NCBI GenBank assembly: GCA_010015805.1 | Contig: ML978138.1 | Span: 496,001-526,383 of the forward strand | Direction: 5' to 3' | Source of the DNA: Rhizodiscina lignyota | Taxonomy: Eukaryota | DNA length: 30,383 nucleotides | Shown here: positions 12,051-24,310 of the stretch, one piece after another | How the letters are laid out: every line of letters starts with the position of its first letter | Position numbering within the stretch: position 1 is the first letter of the stretch | The notes under the pieces: generated by a model | Database searches by the model: none | Seen by the model: the letters and a program-made list of their open reading frames with translations, nothing else | Told to the model about the DNA's origin: nothing | Program-made: the position numbers and the translations under genes

Positions 12051-13445
12051 TTCATCTGCTGATAGGGACCTCCATAGCCATGAGCCTGCGGAGGCATGCC
12101 GCCACCCATTTGCATGTTCGGGTAGACTGGTGGAGGTGGAGCAGGACGGTAAGGAGTTCCTGCTGGACCGGAGTTGTTCTGGCTACGACCCCAGGAGAGC
12201 CTCACACGCGAATTGCCGATCGGATATCCTTGCATCTGGTTGATGGCCATTTCGGCAGCGTGGCGTTGCACAAACTGCACGAAGCCGCAGCCCTTGCCGG
12301 GAGGGATCTTGACGTAGGTAATCTCACCGAAGCCCTGGAAGAAGGAACGCAGCTCATCCTCGGTGACATAGCCGGAGAGACCGCCGACGAAGACGGTGGT
12401 GTTATTGGGGTCGGTGAACTGGTTCATGGGCTGTGGAGCGCCGTAGTACGCTCCCATTGGAGGAGCACCCATGCCGTACATGCCGACTGGACCGCCTTGC
12501 ATGCCAGCACCAGCACCACCACCCATGTTGCCGAATCCTGGGCCACCGCTCTTGTTCTTGGGAGTCGCAGTGGAGATGCGCATCGGACGATTTCCGGCGT
12601 ACACGCCTTGCATCTCCTGCAGAGCGCGCTGCTGCTCGTCCTGGCTCGAGAAGCGGACAAAGCCATAGCCGCGTGACATGCCAGTGATCGGGTCGGACAT
12701 GATCTTGGCAGACTTGCAGGATGGATACTTCGGTTGGAATAGTGAAACAAGGACATATTCGTTCACTTCTGGGCCGAGATCACCCACGAAGATGGAGTAC
12801 TCGGGACCACGGTCGTCACGACTGCGTCAGTATTAGTACAAGCACGTCCGCAGTTTATAGGAATGCGATTGTAAACAAACCTTCTATCCGCGAGACCTCC
12901 ACCAGACGCCCAGTTAAGCTTGAAGGGGCGAGTCGAGTTGGGGATCATCTGGCCGTTGAGCCCAAGCGCCTTTTGCGCAGCTTCGGCAGATTGAAAGTCG
13001 ACGAAGCAGTAGCCAGCGTTACTTCTAACACTGCAGTGTTAGGGTAAAACGTTCAAAATACAGGATATAGAGTTTTCGATTACTTACCCGGAAAACTTGT
13101 CGCGAATCATCTTCACATTCACTTGCTCGCCCATGCCGTACCAAACGCTGCGGATGAAGTTCTCATCAATCCAGGGCTCAAGTTCACCCATCCTGTAGGG
13201 GCATGTCAGCGCGTGTTTACTGCAAACACCTTCAGAGAGAGCTGAGCTGTCGCTTACCAAAGAGTGGTCTTGGAATCACCCTGCGGCTCTGAGCCTGGTC
13301 CGCCTTGCATCATTGCGCCAGGAGGCATGCCACCTGCCATGCTCTCAATCGGCTGGCCCATCTGGCCAGGTTGCTGTTGCGCGCCGCCTGCGCCAGGAGT
13401 GTTTGCCTCCTCTCCGCCGGGTTGTCCTTGGAAAGCGTAATCCAT
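11997..13445 (-). CDS. NAM8: Triple-RRM mRNA-binding post-transcriptional regulator (NAM8/NGR1/Csx1 family), about 403 aa; exons 13445-13258, 13192-13088, 13024-12881, 12821-12050, 11999-11997 (stop only)
   Basis: RRM1: TLWMGELEPWIDENFI...NAGYCFVDF...FKLNWA. RRM2: EYSIFVGDLGPEV...SRGYGFVRF...RPMRISTA. RRM3: DPNNTTVFVGGL...GKGCGFVQF...SRVRLSWGR. Four GT-AG introns keep the frame. The exact orthology within the family is uncertain. Confidence 0.9.
13025..13042. repeat. Perfect 18-bp palindrome CTAACACTGCAGTGTTAG covering the branch point and 3' splice site of intron 2 of the RRM gene
   Basis: The sequence equals its own reverse complement. On the transcript strand it begins with the CTAAC branch site and ends with the TAG acceptor. 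Confidence 0.9.
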
Positions 13446-13554
13446 TGCTTCTAAACGTATTCGTTATGCGCAAGCTCGTATTGGTTTCGAAATGCTGGCT
13501 GAAGTGGTTGAGAAGGAAGAAGCTGCACACGATTGTGGAAAAGTGTGTAGTTGG

Positions 13555-14324
13555 CTGGCGTGGTAAGAAAGAGAGAGCGTTAGCGCGCAACGTCATTGAA
13601 TAGAGTTCACGTGGGCGCGCGCTGACTCACAAAAGCTTGAGTGGTATACCGAAGCACTGCTTGTAGAGAAGTGAAAAGTCCGCAGGTAGCCGAGTGTGTT
13701 GAGTGTCTACGAGAACGGTGCGCGCGCGCTCGAAGGGAAGCTGGAAGGACTGGAGTGAAGCAGCCGTAATAACCGTGTTAAGACCGAATTGTGTTGACGA
13801 CTAACTCCAGTACGCGCATGAAATCCTCGTGAACGAAGGGCCGTTACTGAGAAGAAGCTCGATGCAGCAGCAGGAACCAGAGATTGCTCGCGTGGAAAAT
13901 CTGCGAGGTCAGCGCGTTAGTGTTGCGGCACTCCACTTGACGATGAGTAAGATGCAACGCGACAGCACAACGAAGCGATGCGGAGCGGGCGCGCGGTGTT
14001 TGGGAAGTGAAGGATCGCAAGAGCGAAGTGATCAGTGAAGTGCGGGAAAAGGCGGGCGAGCGTGTCGAGCGACCGAGTAATTCGCCGAGGGTGAGAATTT
14101 TGCGTTTGCGCAGGCGTCGGGCGGCAGTGAGGTCACTGTCGAGGCTGGCGCGCCTTCAGGGCGAGCGCGGCGCGAGCAGCGGGGAGGAGTGCGACGCCTG
14201 TCGACAGCAATTGGGGAACGGGCGCGGGGGGCGTGTGGTGATGTGCTGGAGTCGCGAGAGTCGATGTGAAGCCAGCGCGGAAGCAGAAGGGTCGCGGATG
14301 CGCGCGCGCAAGCAGAGCACTCAC
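13555..14324 (-). other. Probable 5'-UTR introns of the RRM gene (13630-13555 and 14324-13901)
   Basis: Minus strand shows GTGAGT...GCTAAC-pyrimidine tract-CAG (76 nt), and a GTGAGT at 14324 with CTAAC/CTGAC...GCAG ending at 13901. A CT-rich TSS-like tract lies near 14450-14500. The donor pairing for the long intron is a guess. Confidence 0.5.
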
Positions 14325-15653
14325 CGGGATGAGAGGGAAGTATCGAGGCCTTCAACAATGCAAAGCGTAACTCGACTTGCAAGCGCCGTGAAGAGCAGAG
14401 AAAGCACGCAAGACCCACGACGCAAAGAGACGGAGAGCACTGCTGCGATTAAGAGTGATGAGGTGTAGAGGGGTGAGGGTGGAGGAAGAGAGCGAGGCGG
14501 GGCGAGGGAGCACTACTGTCACGGTCGCTCAGCACCCATCGCATGCCCACCCACACCCATACCCACCGCTCGGCTCGGCCTTGGCAAGCGGCGGATAAGT
14601 CCAGCGTCACGACCACAGCAACAGCTCCCACGCCGACGCGACCTGCTGGATAGAGCCTGAAGAACAGTGCCCGGGCGTGCTGCTGCTGGCGGGCAGTGGG
14701 CGGCAGCAGCGCATGCAGCGCCAGCCTCCACCCTTCGCACCACCTGCCCATGCGCTGCAGCAAAAGAAGAGTCGTCGCCGCGCTCCTTGCTTGCTCGGCT
14801 GTCCCATTGCTCCTTTCGTCCCGTCCTCTGTGCGCCCACCACTCGGTTTGAGCGCGGCGCCTGCGTTTGCTGATCCCCATGAGCTGCATTTCCTGCCCGC
14901 CGCCGCGTCATGGAGCAGCTCGCGAGCCACTCCGCGCACGCTCATTCGCCCTCGCCCGCCCGCCAGCGCCCTCGCTATTCTTAGTGCCGATTCCTGCAGG
15001 TCCCAATTGCTTGCAAATCAGCTGCTTCTGGCTCGCAGGTACAGGCACATGAAGAAGAAGACATCATCGAGCGTGCTGCAGCAATGCATGCCGCATGCGG
15101 AGACGCTCAACATCAGCATCCGACGAGGACGCTCAACCCAGCAGCTCAAAGAATGCACATGTGACTGACATTAATTTCATCGAGAGAAAGAATGCGATAG
15201 CGCGAGACGTTGGAGACGAATTGGGATATCCATAGACTCAATTGGTGTGTCATAGCGGACCGGGACAGGACGCTTGCCGCAAACGGATAAACGGACTCGC
15301 AAATCAAGCACCAATCAGCCGAGGTAGTATAGCAGAACATTGCAAAGTCAGATGGCATACAGTGCATCAATCGATTGCAAGACGAGGAAGTGTCGAGGTT
15401 AAAATGCAAAGAGACGCTGGCAACGAGGTGGTGTGAGAACAGACGATCACGGAAACTCGGAATCAGGCAGCGTCGCCAGAAATGGACGGATCGCAGCAAG
15501 CGCACAAATCAAGAAGCATCGCGTCGGATGAATGCATGTTTTCACATCTGGTATAATAATTGACATCAACTCATCCTTCCGCGTGACAATCATCTCCATT
15601 AGAACTCCCAATGGCATCGTATCCACAAGACACACACCTCACGTGCTCCCCGT

Positions 15654-16295
15654 CTACGCCTTCTCGGGAACGCCAGCCGCCTGCTTCGCCTCGCCGAAGC
15701 TGTCCCTGCCGCTGGCAAACACCTTGTCGAAGTCGTACTCGAACCATCTGATGTCGGGCGACAGACCGGCAAACTTCCACACGCCGTCGACCTTCTTGTA
15801 CCAGTGCGTGTTGGTGGAGTGCGCGTGGCCCTTGACCAACACCTTCGTCTGCGTCGTGTCCTCGTACTTCTGGTGGGGCACGCGCAGCTGGTGGTAGCCG
15901 ATCACCTCGTCGTCCGACACCTTCTCCCACTTGGTGCCGCCGATGAAGTGCTGTGTGCGGAGGGTTGGGTCGCCGAGCACGTTCGGGTCGGACGCCATCT
16001 TGACGAACTCGTCGGCAGGCATCGCCTCCCACATCTTGTCGAGGAAGGAGCGGTAGTCGACCTGTACATCGGCACGAGTTAGAGAGCTGCACTTCGCGGA
16101 GAAGTGGTGGGAAGACTGACCCTCAGGGTGGGAGCAATGCACTTGCTCAGCCTCTCCCAGTCCTTGCTGTCGTAGCTGTCTGCCCACTCGAAGCAGGCGG
16201 CTTGGAGGCCGATCAGATCTGTTCAATATCAGAGAGTGCGGGGCAACATCGATCGCAGACAACATACCCTCGTGCGTGATGATATCCTTCGACAT
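15654..16295 (-). CDS. SCD1: Scytalone dehydratase (DHN-melanin pathway), 177 aa; exons 16295-16268, 16218-16121, 16061-15654
   Basis: Reads [44 protein letters not shown]...[14 protein letters not shown]...[10 protein letters not shown]...[24 protein letters not shown]. Introns at 16267-16219 and 16120-16062. Confidence 0.96.
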   Translation of the reverse strand: MSKDIITHEGMLSAIDVAPHSLILNRSDRPPSRLLRVGRQLRQQGLGEAEQVHCSHPEGQSSHHFSAKCSSLTRADVQVDYRSFLDKMWEAMPADEFVKMASDPNVLGDPTLRTQHFIGGTKWEKVSDDEVIGYHQLRVPHQKYEDTTQTKVLVKGHAHSTNTHWYKKVDGVWKFAGLSPDIRWFEYDFDKVFASGRDSFGEAKQAAGVPEKA

Positions 16296-17375
16296 TGTGA
16301 ATACGACTGAACAACTTTTGATGTGATTGAAGAAAGCGACTTTTGCTTTTGACGCTGAAATTGAAATCGAAAAGTAGAAAAGAAAGAAGAGGCGGTCACC
16401 TAGACCATTTAAATACAGACACCGCCGCCGGTGTGCAATCTGCGCAAGCTGCGCTTCGGCGGCTCTCCATCGTGCCCGGACTGTGGGGGAATCCCGAAGG
16501 CCATGCAGAACATCGAGCAACTCCGACCCCTCGGACTCGCCCCTGACTATTCTTGGGAGGCCCGACGCAGGGGAGTTTATTGTCCTGCGCGGATGTCGAC
16601 AGGAGCTGCGTGGAAGGAATTGCTATTTTGCGAGTGCGGTCACCGCACCCGTTTGGAGGCGCAGGGCTTTTGGTGTTGCCCGTATTCTCATGCAGGGATG
16701 GCGGGCCGTTGAGTGGGGAAGAGGAGCCCTAACCCTATGATTTTCAGGAACAACATCTATCGAGATGTGAAGGTGCGGATGTTTATCTACGATAAGGGAC
16801 GATCTTTGAATGTGTCTCATGCTGATCCGTCGATCGTAAGTGCTCGACATTGAGATTCCACCATGAAGAAAAGCCACTGAATCCGTATCCGGAGTGCCAA
16901 TATTTGTTTTCCCCAGAATCGATGCAGTCACCCGCATTCCTGCAAGTGCCCTGCTGAGACGAATGAATGTTTGGCAAAGATTCTGCAATTACCTTACACC
17001 GCTCCTTCGTTCTGAAGACGATGATCTTTCCAGCCTTACACAAGAGAATCGTACTTCTCTCACATGATATGATCAGGAATAATATAAAGAAAATATAATA
17101 GCAACAAGATAATAAGACTGGATCAGGCATTAGAAAGTTGCCTCCAAAATCAGCAACTTCCTATTATTCTTTCACTGTCATGACACCAAGTCATAAGCAA
17201 AAAGCAATCCTCAAGTGGTATCTCAAATCAGCCTTAACATCCGTCTATTTCTAGACTGAAGCACCAAATTCGCAGCTTTGGCGTGTACAGTCTGTGTTAA
17301 CTGACGGCCCTATGTATCCTCGCGGTGAGCTATATTGCAGCCACGACTCAACTTTTCGGCCACCCACTTGCACAT

Positions 17376-19624
17376 CTAAGAATCAACAGCCTTGCCTCCC
17401 TTCTCGTCGACCTTCTCAGGCGACGTGTTCGATCCCGTCTCCTCAATAACCTGTCCCCTCATCATATGTGGCTTCTCCTTGCCCGTGAGATCCCTATAGA
17501 TCCTAACAGCAGTGCGCTTCATCGTGTGACGCCCTTCGTACAGCGGATACAATCCCACGCAGAAGGAGCTGCAGAACAGCCAGAGGATGCCCACGGAGAC
17601 CCAGCCAGTGAAGAAGGGCTTGGAGAAGACGTAGCCGGAGCCATACATCGGCATCGGCCAAAGCACTAGCAGGCAGAGTGTCATGATCACCGTCATAACC
17701 CGCGCAATACGGCTCGCCCGCTTCAGCTTCGTCTGCTCCTGTTCCGACTCCGCGACGCTGTTCCGACGCTCGCCAGGGACGTTCTCAAGGTCAACGTGTG
17801 CGGCCTGGGCGATGTCGTGGTCGTCGCCCTTGCGGATTGCCTTCATCGATACCCAGTCATAGTTGGCGGGCTTGAGGGCGAAGGTGAGGATTGGGATGAA
17901 GATGCAAGGGGAAAGGAGGGCGACGACGTTGCCGGCAAGCATGGGGTTGTTGGCACCAGTGCTGGCGACGGATAGGTTGCCACTCTCCTTCTTCGCTGTC
18001 ACGAGCCACGCGATGAGCGAGCAGACGAAGCCTAGTGGTGGTGAGAAGGTGGCTGCTGCCCAATTCTGCTTGGACCAGAGTAGGGTGAGTGCAGCGGGAA
18101 GCACGGCGGAAGAGATTATGACTCCCATGAGAAGGTAGAGGTAACCCATGGAGATGCTGGACAAAGTAAGCGCAAGCTCAGTTCACTGAAGACGCGAGAC
18201 AACCCACCCAATGTAATGTAGACCAGTACTGAAGCCAGCAAGCAAAATCGCATACGTGACGACGCATGCGTGAGCCATGTAAATGAGTCTCCTTCCGCTT
18301 GCCTCGGGATTGAAGTACGTTTGATAGATATCATAGGTGAAGATGGAAGATACGGCAATCAGTTCTGCAGACATTGCGGAAGTGACAGCCATGAAGATAA
18401 GGAGCAGCGTTGCAGCAGCTCCACCCTTTCCAAGCAGTGCAACAGCAGCATCCGGAAGGACGAGACCGGCAGAGACATCAGCTGGAGCCATGCGGTTCGG
18501 GTAGGTTGGGAAGACTGGATTGCCCTCGAGAGCAAGCGCAGAGAGACCCATGGTCGTTGCGCACAGCCATGGAATCGCAAACCAGCTGAGACCGCCCATG
18601 ATATATCCGGGGAGGGCATGGATTGGACTGGCGGCAATAGCCTTATTGTAGTAACCGTTATCGCAGAAAACCGTCCCAAAGTTACCCACGATGTTGATAA
18701 CAAAGAAGACTGCTCCCTCGCGAGATCTCATTGTGAGGTAGCTGCCATCCGCATTTCCGGCAACCGGGTGTTCTTTAGCTGCTTTAACAAGCAAGTCATA
18801 CACTTTGCCTGGGCTTCCAAGTACATCGCTTGTGGAATATGCAGTGAAAGCAAACGTGAAGATGATGACCAGGATGACAACAGTGTGCGCGTAGTCCGTG
18901 AGGAAAGTTGCTTTGATGCCGCCGAACATTGTGTATAGTACGACACCGACCGGGAGCAAGAAACATGCTGCGGCAGTCGGTACTCCTGTCAGAGATGTGA
19001 CAACCTGTGACTATTAGAGGAATCCCCAAAGGCTAATTTGGTTATAACATACAGCAGATCCACCGGTAAGCAGCATAGCCGTCCTGCTTCTATTAGTAAA
19101 GCTCAGCAGCTTCGACTTTAGCTTGGACTTACACGAGGACATTCGTCATCAGGCCGAATGTAATGTAGACAAAGTGAGTAATGGTACCATATCGCGCGCG
19201 AATGACTTCGAGGAAGGTGTGGGCATTTGGAGCGCGGCGCTTGAGTTCAATGGCGAGCGTAGCAAACAGGATGATTTGTACCGTCGCTCCGGACGCGTAC
19301 CAGAAAGGTCCAGAGACTCCATAATTATAGGCTACGCCTGAGCTCTGGAGGAGAGTAGCTGCCCAAGTCCAAGACGACACGACAGCCGAGGAGACCAGTC
19401 CAGATTTGACCGTCCTTCCAGCAGTACTGAACATTTCTGATGTCTGAACTTCATAGTTGTAGCGCTTCAGGATGTACGTCGTGAGGATCATAGCAAGGCT
19501 ATGTTTGAGACGTTAGAACCACAATTCTCATCAATGCTGGATAATTTACTTACGCGAAGGCGAAGCCCAGGCCAATGATGACACCGTACCCGGCGCCCTG
19601 GGAAAGGGGTGGTGTTCCGCTCAT
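17376..19624 (-). CDS. DUR3: Urea active transporter (SSS family, DUR3/UreA), about 681 aa; exons 19624-19554, 19498-19133, 19083-19053, 19004-18208, 18156-17376
   Basis: Reads [81 protein letters not shown] and [21 protein letters not shown]. Four GT-AG introns of 48-55 nt. Confidence 0.96.
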
Positions 19625-19711
19625 GCTGTCAAAGAGTCTTTTTCTATTACAAGAGCTAGAACTCTACGAGAATTGCGACCGAAGAAAGGAGAATTCATGA
19701 CTGACATGAGA

Positions 19712-20651
19712 GATAAATATGCTACCTACCGAGCTCTGCCAGCTCCCCAAACGCAGGGTTTCTCTCCGATCGAGGCCGATCTACTCATCGAATTTTGCAA
19801 ACAGCCCATGAAGCTAAACCCAGCATGCTTTCTCCGTGGGGTAGTGACATGCAGTTCGTGTAGCATGAAGCTAGCTGCTATGCGCTGCAGAACGTTGCAA
19901 GATGCATGCATGGTGCCGCCTTGGGGTCCGATAAGGCAGAAGAAGAAGAACATTTGCGGAGGGTCTGCGATAAGATGAGGAAGGAGATTTAGTCAACGAC
20001 AACGGGCCAATGAAAATTCTTTCATCTGCGGGAGGCTCAATGAGCCGAGCACGGACGGGGAAGTCAAATTGGACGTCTGAACAGATCTGCATGTCCAAAG
20101 CTCGTCATACGACAAGGAAGAAACAGGGGAGCTGAGAAGATTTTCGCCTGCAACCTATCTTGAGATGTCTTGAACTGGCAAGCTTACTATGATGACCATG
20201 CCTGCGCCGTACTCTGAATGACGATGGTCCAGTGTGACGGAAGAGATGCCGATGTCCTGCTGCGCGCTTGGACTGCTGTGGTTGGGGAGGCTGAAGCTTC
20301 GGGCGACGGGCGTGGCCGAGACAAAGTGGGGATAAGGAAAATGCGACCTTTCGCTAAGATGAATTGAGGCGTCGTTCGATGATTGGCCGATGGGCGTCGT
20401 TATCTAGACGACGTATCATCACGCGAGCAGAAAATTGTCCAACACAACGAGACGAAAATTCTCCTCAGCAAAAGAAACGTTGCTGCGGCGTTCCTCAAGG
20501 CGTCTTGGCCTGGCTGGACGTCTCTGCAGGGCGACCACCACCAGATCGTTTCTAAAGATTGGCGCCGAAGGAGCGTCAGTAATTGGCCTTTTCGTATCTG
20601 CCAAGCTTCTCAGTGTTTGGAGAGTGTGTATCTCGACCACCAGATCGATAA
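19712..20651. promoter_or_regulatory. Cluster of GATAA(G) sites upstream of DUR3, consistent with AreA/NIT2 nitrogen regulation
   Basis: GATAA at 19712, GATAAG at 19930, 19969 and 20331, TTATC at 20400, GATAA at 20647. Urea transporters are established GATA-factor targets. Confidence 0.55.
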
Positions 20652-22826
20652 CGCTTGATATCTGCTCGTATCCCCAAGATTAAGGTAAGAGCCTGGAAGC
20701 ATGAAGAACAAGCTAACGACCATCGCGGGAGCTCACTCACATCTGAAGCGCCGTTGAAGTACATTTCTGACATTAAGGACGATGATGTTTCTGCTTGGCC
20801 TTTTTAGCATGAGTGGAAGCCAGATATCGCATAGAGATCCTTACTCAGCATTACAAATGCTGTGTTGCGGAGCGTCGACGGACGACGGTGGATAATATCA
20901 CCACTACCGCTTTCGGTAAGCCAGACAACCGTGAAAGCATCGCGTTCAATAATATCGAAATGGACTGGAATACCTTCACCAATGAATCAAGATTGATTTA
21001 ATTTATGATAATGGAAACTGTACGGTATGTAGGTCTATTAATTTGTTGAACCCCTTATCCCGAGGCCCCCTGCTTAAAGCTATAATATGAATCATACTCA
21101 CAGATTCCTAGGCCCCTACAATTTGCAGACTGGGCGCAGTTGGAGCGTTAATTTAAATTATTATCACGGCAGTGCCACGCCACTATCTTCCCTGAGCAAG
21201 TTCCGCACTACTCCTGTAATCATCGCCTTAACCGAACGGAGTCCCAATAGAAAAACCTGATGTCTGCTAAAGTTTTTCTCCTCCCAAGTCACTCTCTGAT
21301 AATGTGCCGACAGTACGGGGCTGGAATGAGAGTTCTTTTCGCTCTTGCGTTCAACTCCAGGTTAAGGCAATTCCTTTTTAATCCCATCTTTCCCTTTGTT
21401 TTAGTCTTCTTCTTTTTTGTTTTCAAGCTCTGCTGCGTCACTTTATCCGCTTCAATGAGAGATGATCACTGTGCACCTTTCGCATCATGTCAAAATGATT
21501 CATGGCGAGTGAAGGGGCTTTGCTATTGAGATATCGACCTACGACGAAACACTCCCCGGCTCTTTACGAGCTCTGAGTGCAACTTTTACCTATGGTTGCA
21601 AAATTCTCTTGTAGCTTGCCTTCCAACATCTGCATTCAGCAGCCAACTTTTTTCCTTCAGTATTCGGAGTCGATCTGTTGAAAGAGAGCGCCCAATTCCA
21701 TTCTCCTTGCTTCAACGGTTATGACACGTCAAGCTTCCGATCTTTCTGTCATTAAAGTTCTCTTCTTTTATAAGCACGAATCCCGCCTAACCAACCTTCT
21801 CCACGCAGCGCCTCACCATTCCTCGTGGAGCCTTGGCCCAGAGCCTTGCACCAGTGTATCGAGTACACTGCGAGGCTGCGATTCCAAACGTGTACATTCC
21901 TCTTTGCACTGCTAGAACAATAGTCTGGGATCCGCGTCTTCCGAGCCCGCAGCGGCATTGGTTACATCCTCTTACAGCCTTCATCTTCTAAGCGCAGACA
22001 GCCCCGCGCCTTCGCCACGACCACTGAATAGAAAGCAATTAGCGCCTTCCACGAAAGAGTCACAGACCTTAGGCTCGACCTTGCAGGACCCAAAGTCTTT
22101 ACAGCCAAATCGGCGCATACCACCGAGAAAGAGCTTAACTTTGTGGCATAAACCGCCCCTCCCTCGCTTGCCATTATGTTATACCTTACTGTTGGGAACA
22201 GTCGTGTGGTGGAAGAAGAGGACTTGACTGGCGTGTTGAGTTCTGGCTATGGCTCACAGACAGGAAGAAGAAACGTGATCAGATTTCCATTTGCTATCTA
22301 TCTAGGAGAAGCAAACAGGGAAAAGATTGTGTGACGACACTGTCAGAAGAGGCTGTGGATTCGCTAATATGACAATAGCTAAAAGACGTAAAAACAGGCC
22401 CCATTGGAACGAGTACGCACCTTATCCATTCAGCTACGAGCAATTCCATTCCCGCGATCGACCACCTCAACAGCGGTCAGCTGTTTGTTCGCAGTCTACA
22501 AGTTATATAACGCGTGCGTTTCCCCCGTCTTCTCCATATCAACTCTTCCCTAGACCTTTACAAGCAGACAGGTTGGCATATCAATTCTGTTGGAGTTATT
22601 TACAGGTTGTTCCTTTCGTGAAGGGAGATACGGAAGCACAACACGCAATACTGGTAGATCATCTCAATGAAAATCTTGCATTGATTCCTCAGACTTCCAA
22701 GCAAGTGTCAAAGTGCAACCTCATTCTGTGAGCAACAAGGAATCTGTCACCATCATAAATAGCTCCTTACCACTGTCATAGCCCCTACCGATCCAAAACT
22801 CATCAGAACACTAACACAGAATAGAG

Positions 22827-24140
22827 TTACGTGTTTGCTCTTTGCGATATTACCGGCATGTTACCGAAAAACACAACCAGGACGGCGCAATATGCAGCTG
22901 CTGCTCCGAAGATCTCGTGACGCCTTGCACGAGTGAAGAATGACAGTAGAGTGGAGAAGGCCAACGTAAAAAGTAGAAGTGTTCCGACCGCGATGGTCGC
23001 GCCGTTCGTATCTAGACCGTTGTCATTTGTGACGCGATAGAGAATGTATACAGGCGCAACAAGCAAACCGAGTATGCTCATCGTAATGATTAACAAAACA
23101 AGGTTTTCCACCCGGTTACGGCTGAAATATAATTCGTTGGCCTTGGTACGACCTTCTGTCTTCCGTTTAGTCTCCCGCGAGCGGAAGACGTACCTAACAG
23201 GGTGACAATTGAGAATCCTCAATAAATTCTCAACGCCATCATCCAGCCAGGCACGTTCTCTGCCAGTACGCAGTGTGATCATGTCCTCTTTCCATTCAAT
23301 CCACGGCTCATCCCGTTGGCAAAGCGGTCGCGTATTCCAGAAGAAATTCCGAAAGCTTCGATACGAGGACGCCGATGGACGTGGAAGAGAGGTAAGATCT
23401 TTCGCAAATAGAAGAAGCTTCGCTAGGTTTCAGGCTTAGCTTTGACGAACTTTTCTGGCTCTTACGTCGAAGAACTTACCGTATTCCTTAAACCTTGCTT
23501 CAAGCTTCGCGAAAAGCGCTTGCCTTTCGCTAGGAGTTTCACTACCCAGCTCCGCTCTATTCAGGCAACCAGGACGTTCGCTATCATCTTCATTATCCAT
23601 GTCTCCCAAGATGTTCTCGAGCTCCTGCAATTCGTTCTGTTTCTCCAAGAGCAATCTAGCGTGGATGTACCCGAACCTGCGGTATATCATGAAGTTCTCA
23701 TCGCTGTCAAGGAAAGCCGCAAGCATAGGATAGCCTTCGGGGCATTTTTGAACTGTTACCGGTCAATTGAAGGCAACCGTCTCAGTGCGGTAAGAAGACT
23801 CAGGGTTGCGCAGACTTACGGTTTCGCACTTGAACTGGATGCCTTGCGCCCCAGCTCAGCTTCGCACGAAGCTTGGAGAATGTTATCCATTGCCCGAGCC
23901 TCGTCTTACACGGAACTTTGGTTGGTTAGCACTTCTCAGGCGGCTCGAGGAGCAAATGCTTGAAGTTCTACCTTGAGCCCCCATCGGCCGGCCCTGTCCC
24001 GTCAGACCTGATGATATGCTGCGCACAGACGCATCTTCCACCTGTAACGTCTGTCCGAGTTTCTCCTCTTCTACAGCTCCGCTTATCGTTTCTTTCTGTG
24101 CTTCAAGATCGAATTCAGGCCGTGTTATCACCAAATTCAT
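22827..24140 (-). CDS. DUF6594-like fungal membrane protein with three C-terminal TM helices, 377 aa; exons 24140-23972, 23915-23820, 23752-23480, 23422-22827
   Basis: Three phase-1 GT-AG introns (56, 67, 57 nt) give one frame. It has the signature CPEGYPMLAAFLDSDENFMIYRRFGYIHARLLLEKQNELQELE...D, then EDMITLR.GRE.AWLD, three hydrophobic helices, and TRARRHEIFGAAAAYCAVLVVF. Family call is from motif memory. Confidence 0.85.
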
Positions 24141-24310
24141 ATTCGTAGGTTGAGAGAATGATCGAAATCTCAAACTCAGGCTCCCCTCAGGCTTTTTCAG
24201 GCTCCCATGACATTCTGCTGCCTCAATTTAAATAAAAACATAGCAAGGCTAAATCCCAAGATCATGGCAACGAAAACTGTCTGCTGCAGACTGCATGCAG
24301 CCGCTCTAGG

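Noticed and set aside
11840..12676. 278-aa plus-strand ORF, and similar long antisense ORFs over clr2, SYM1 and DUR3
   Set aside because: These are shadow ORFs caused by codon bias on the opposite coding strand, with no protein-like motifs.
14007..15168. Several overlapping 110-160-aa ORFs
   Set aside because: This is the GC-rich promoter/leader region of the RRM gene. The translations are low-complexity Arg/Ala/Ser with no coherent gene structure.
15654..16295. Possible DHN-melanin gene cluster around SCD1
   Set aside because: There is no PKS, hydroxynaphthalene reductase, laccase or Cmr1-type regulator in the window, and an unlinked SCD1 is common.
21560..22140. Minus-strand frame that reads like a decayed coiled-coil gene (…EARRMELGALFQQIDSEY*…)
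   Set aside because: Stop-codon density is about what random sequence gives and I recognise no family motif. A tblastx search would be needed to call it a pseudogene.
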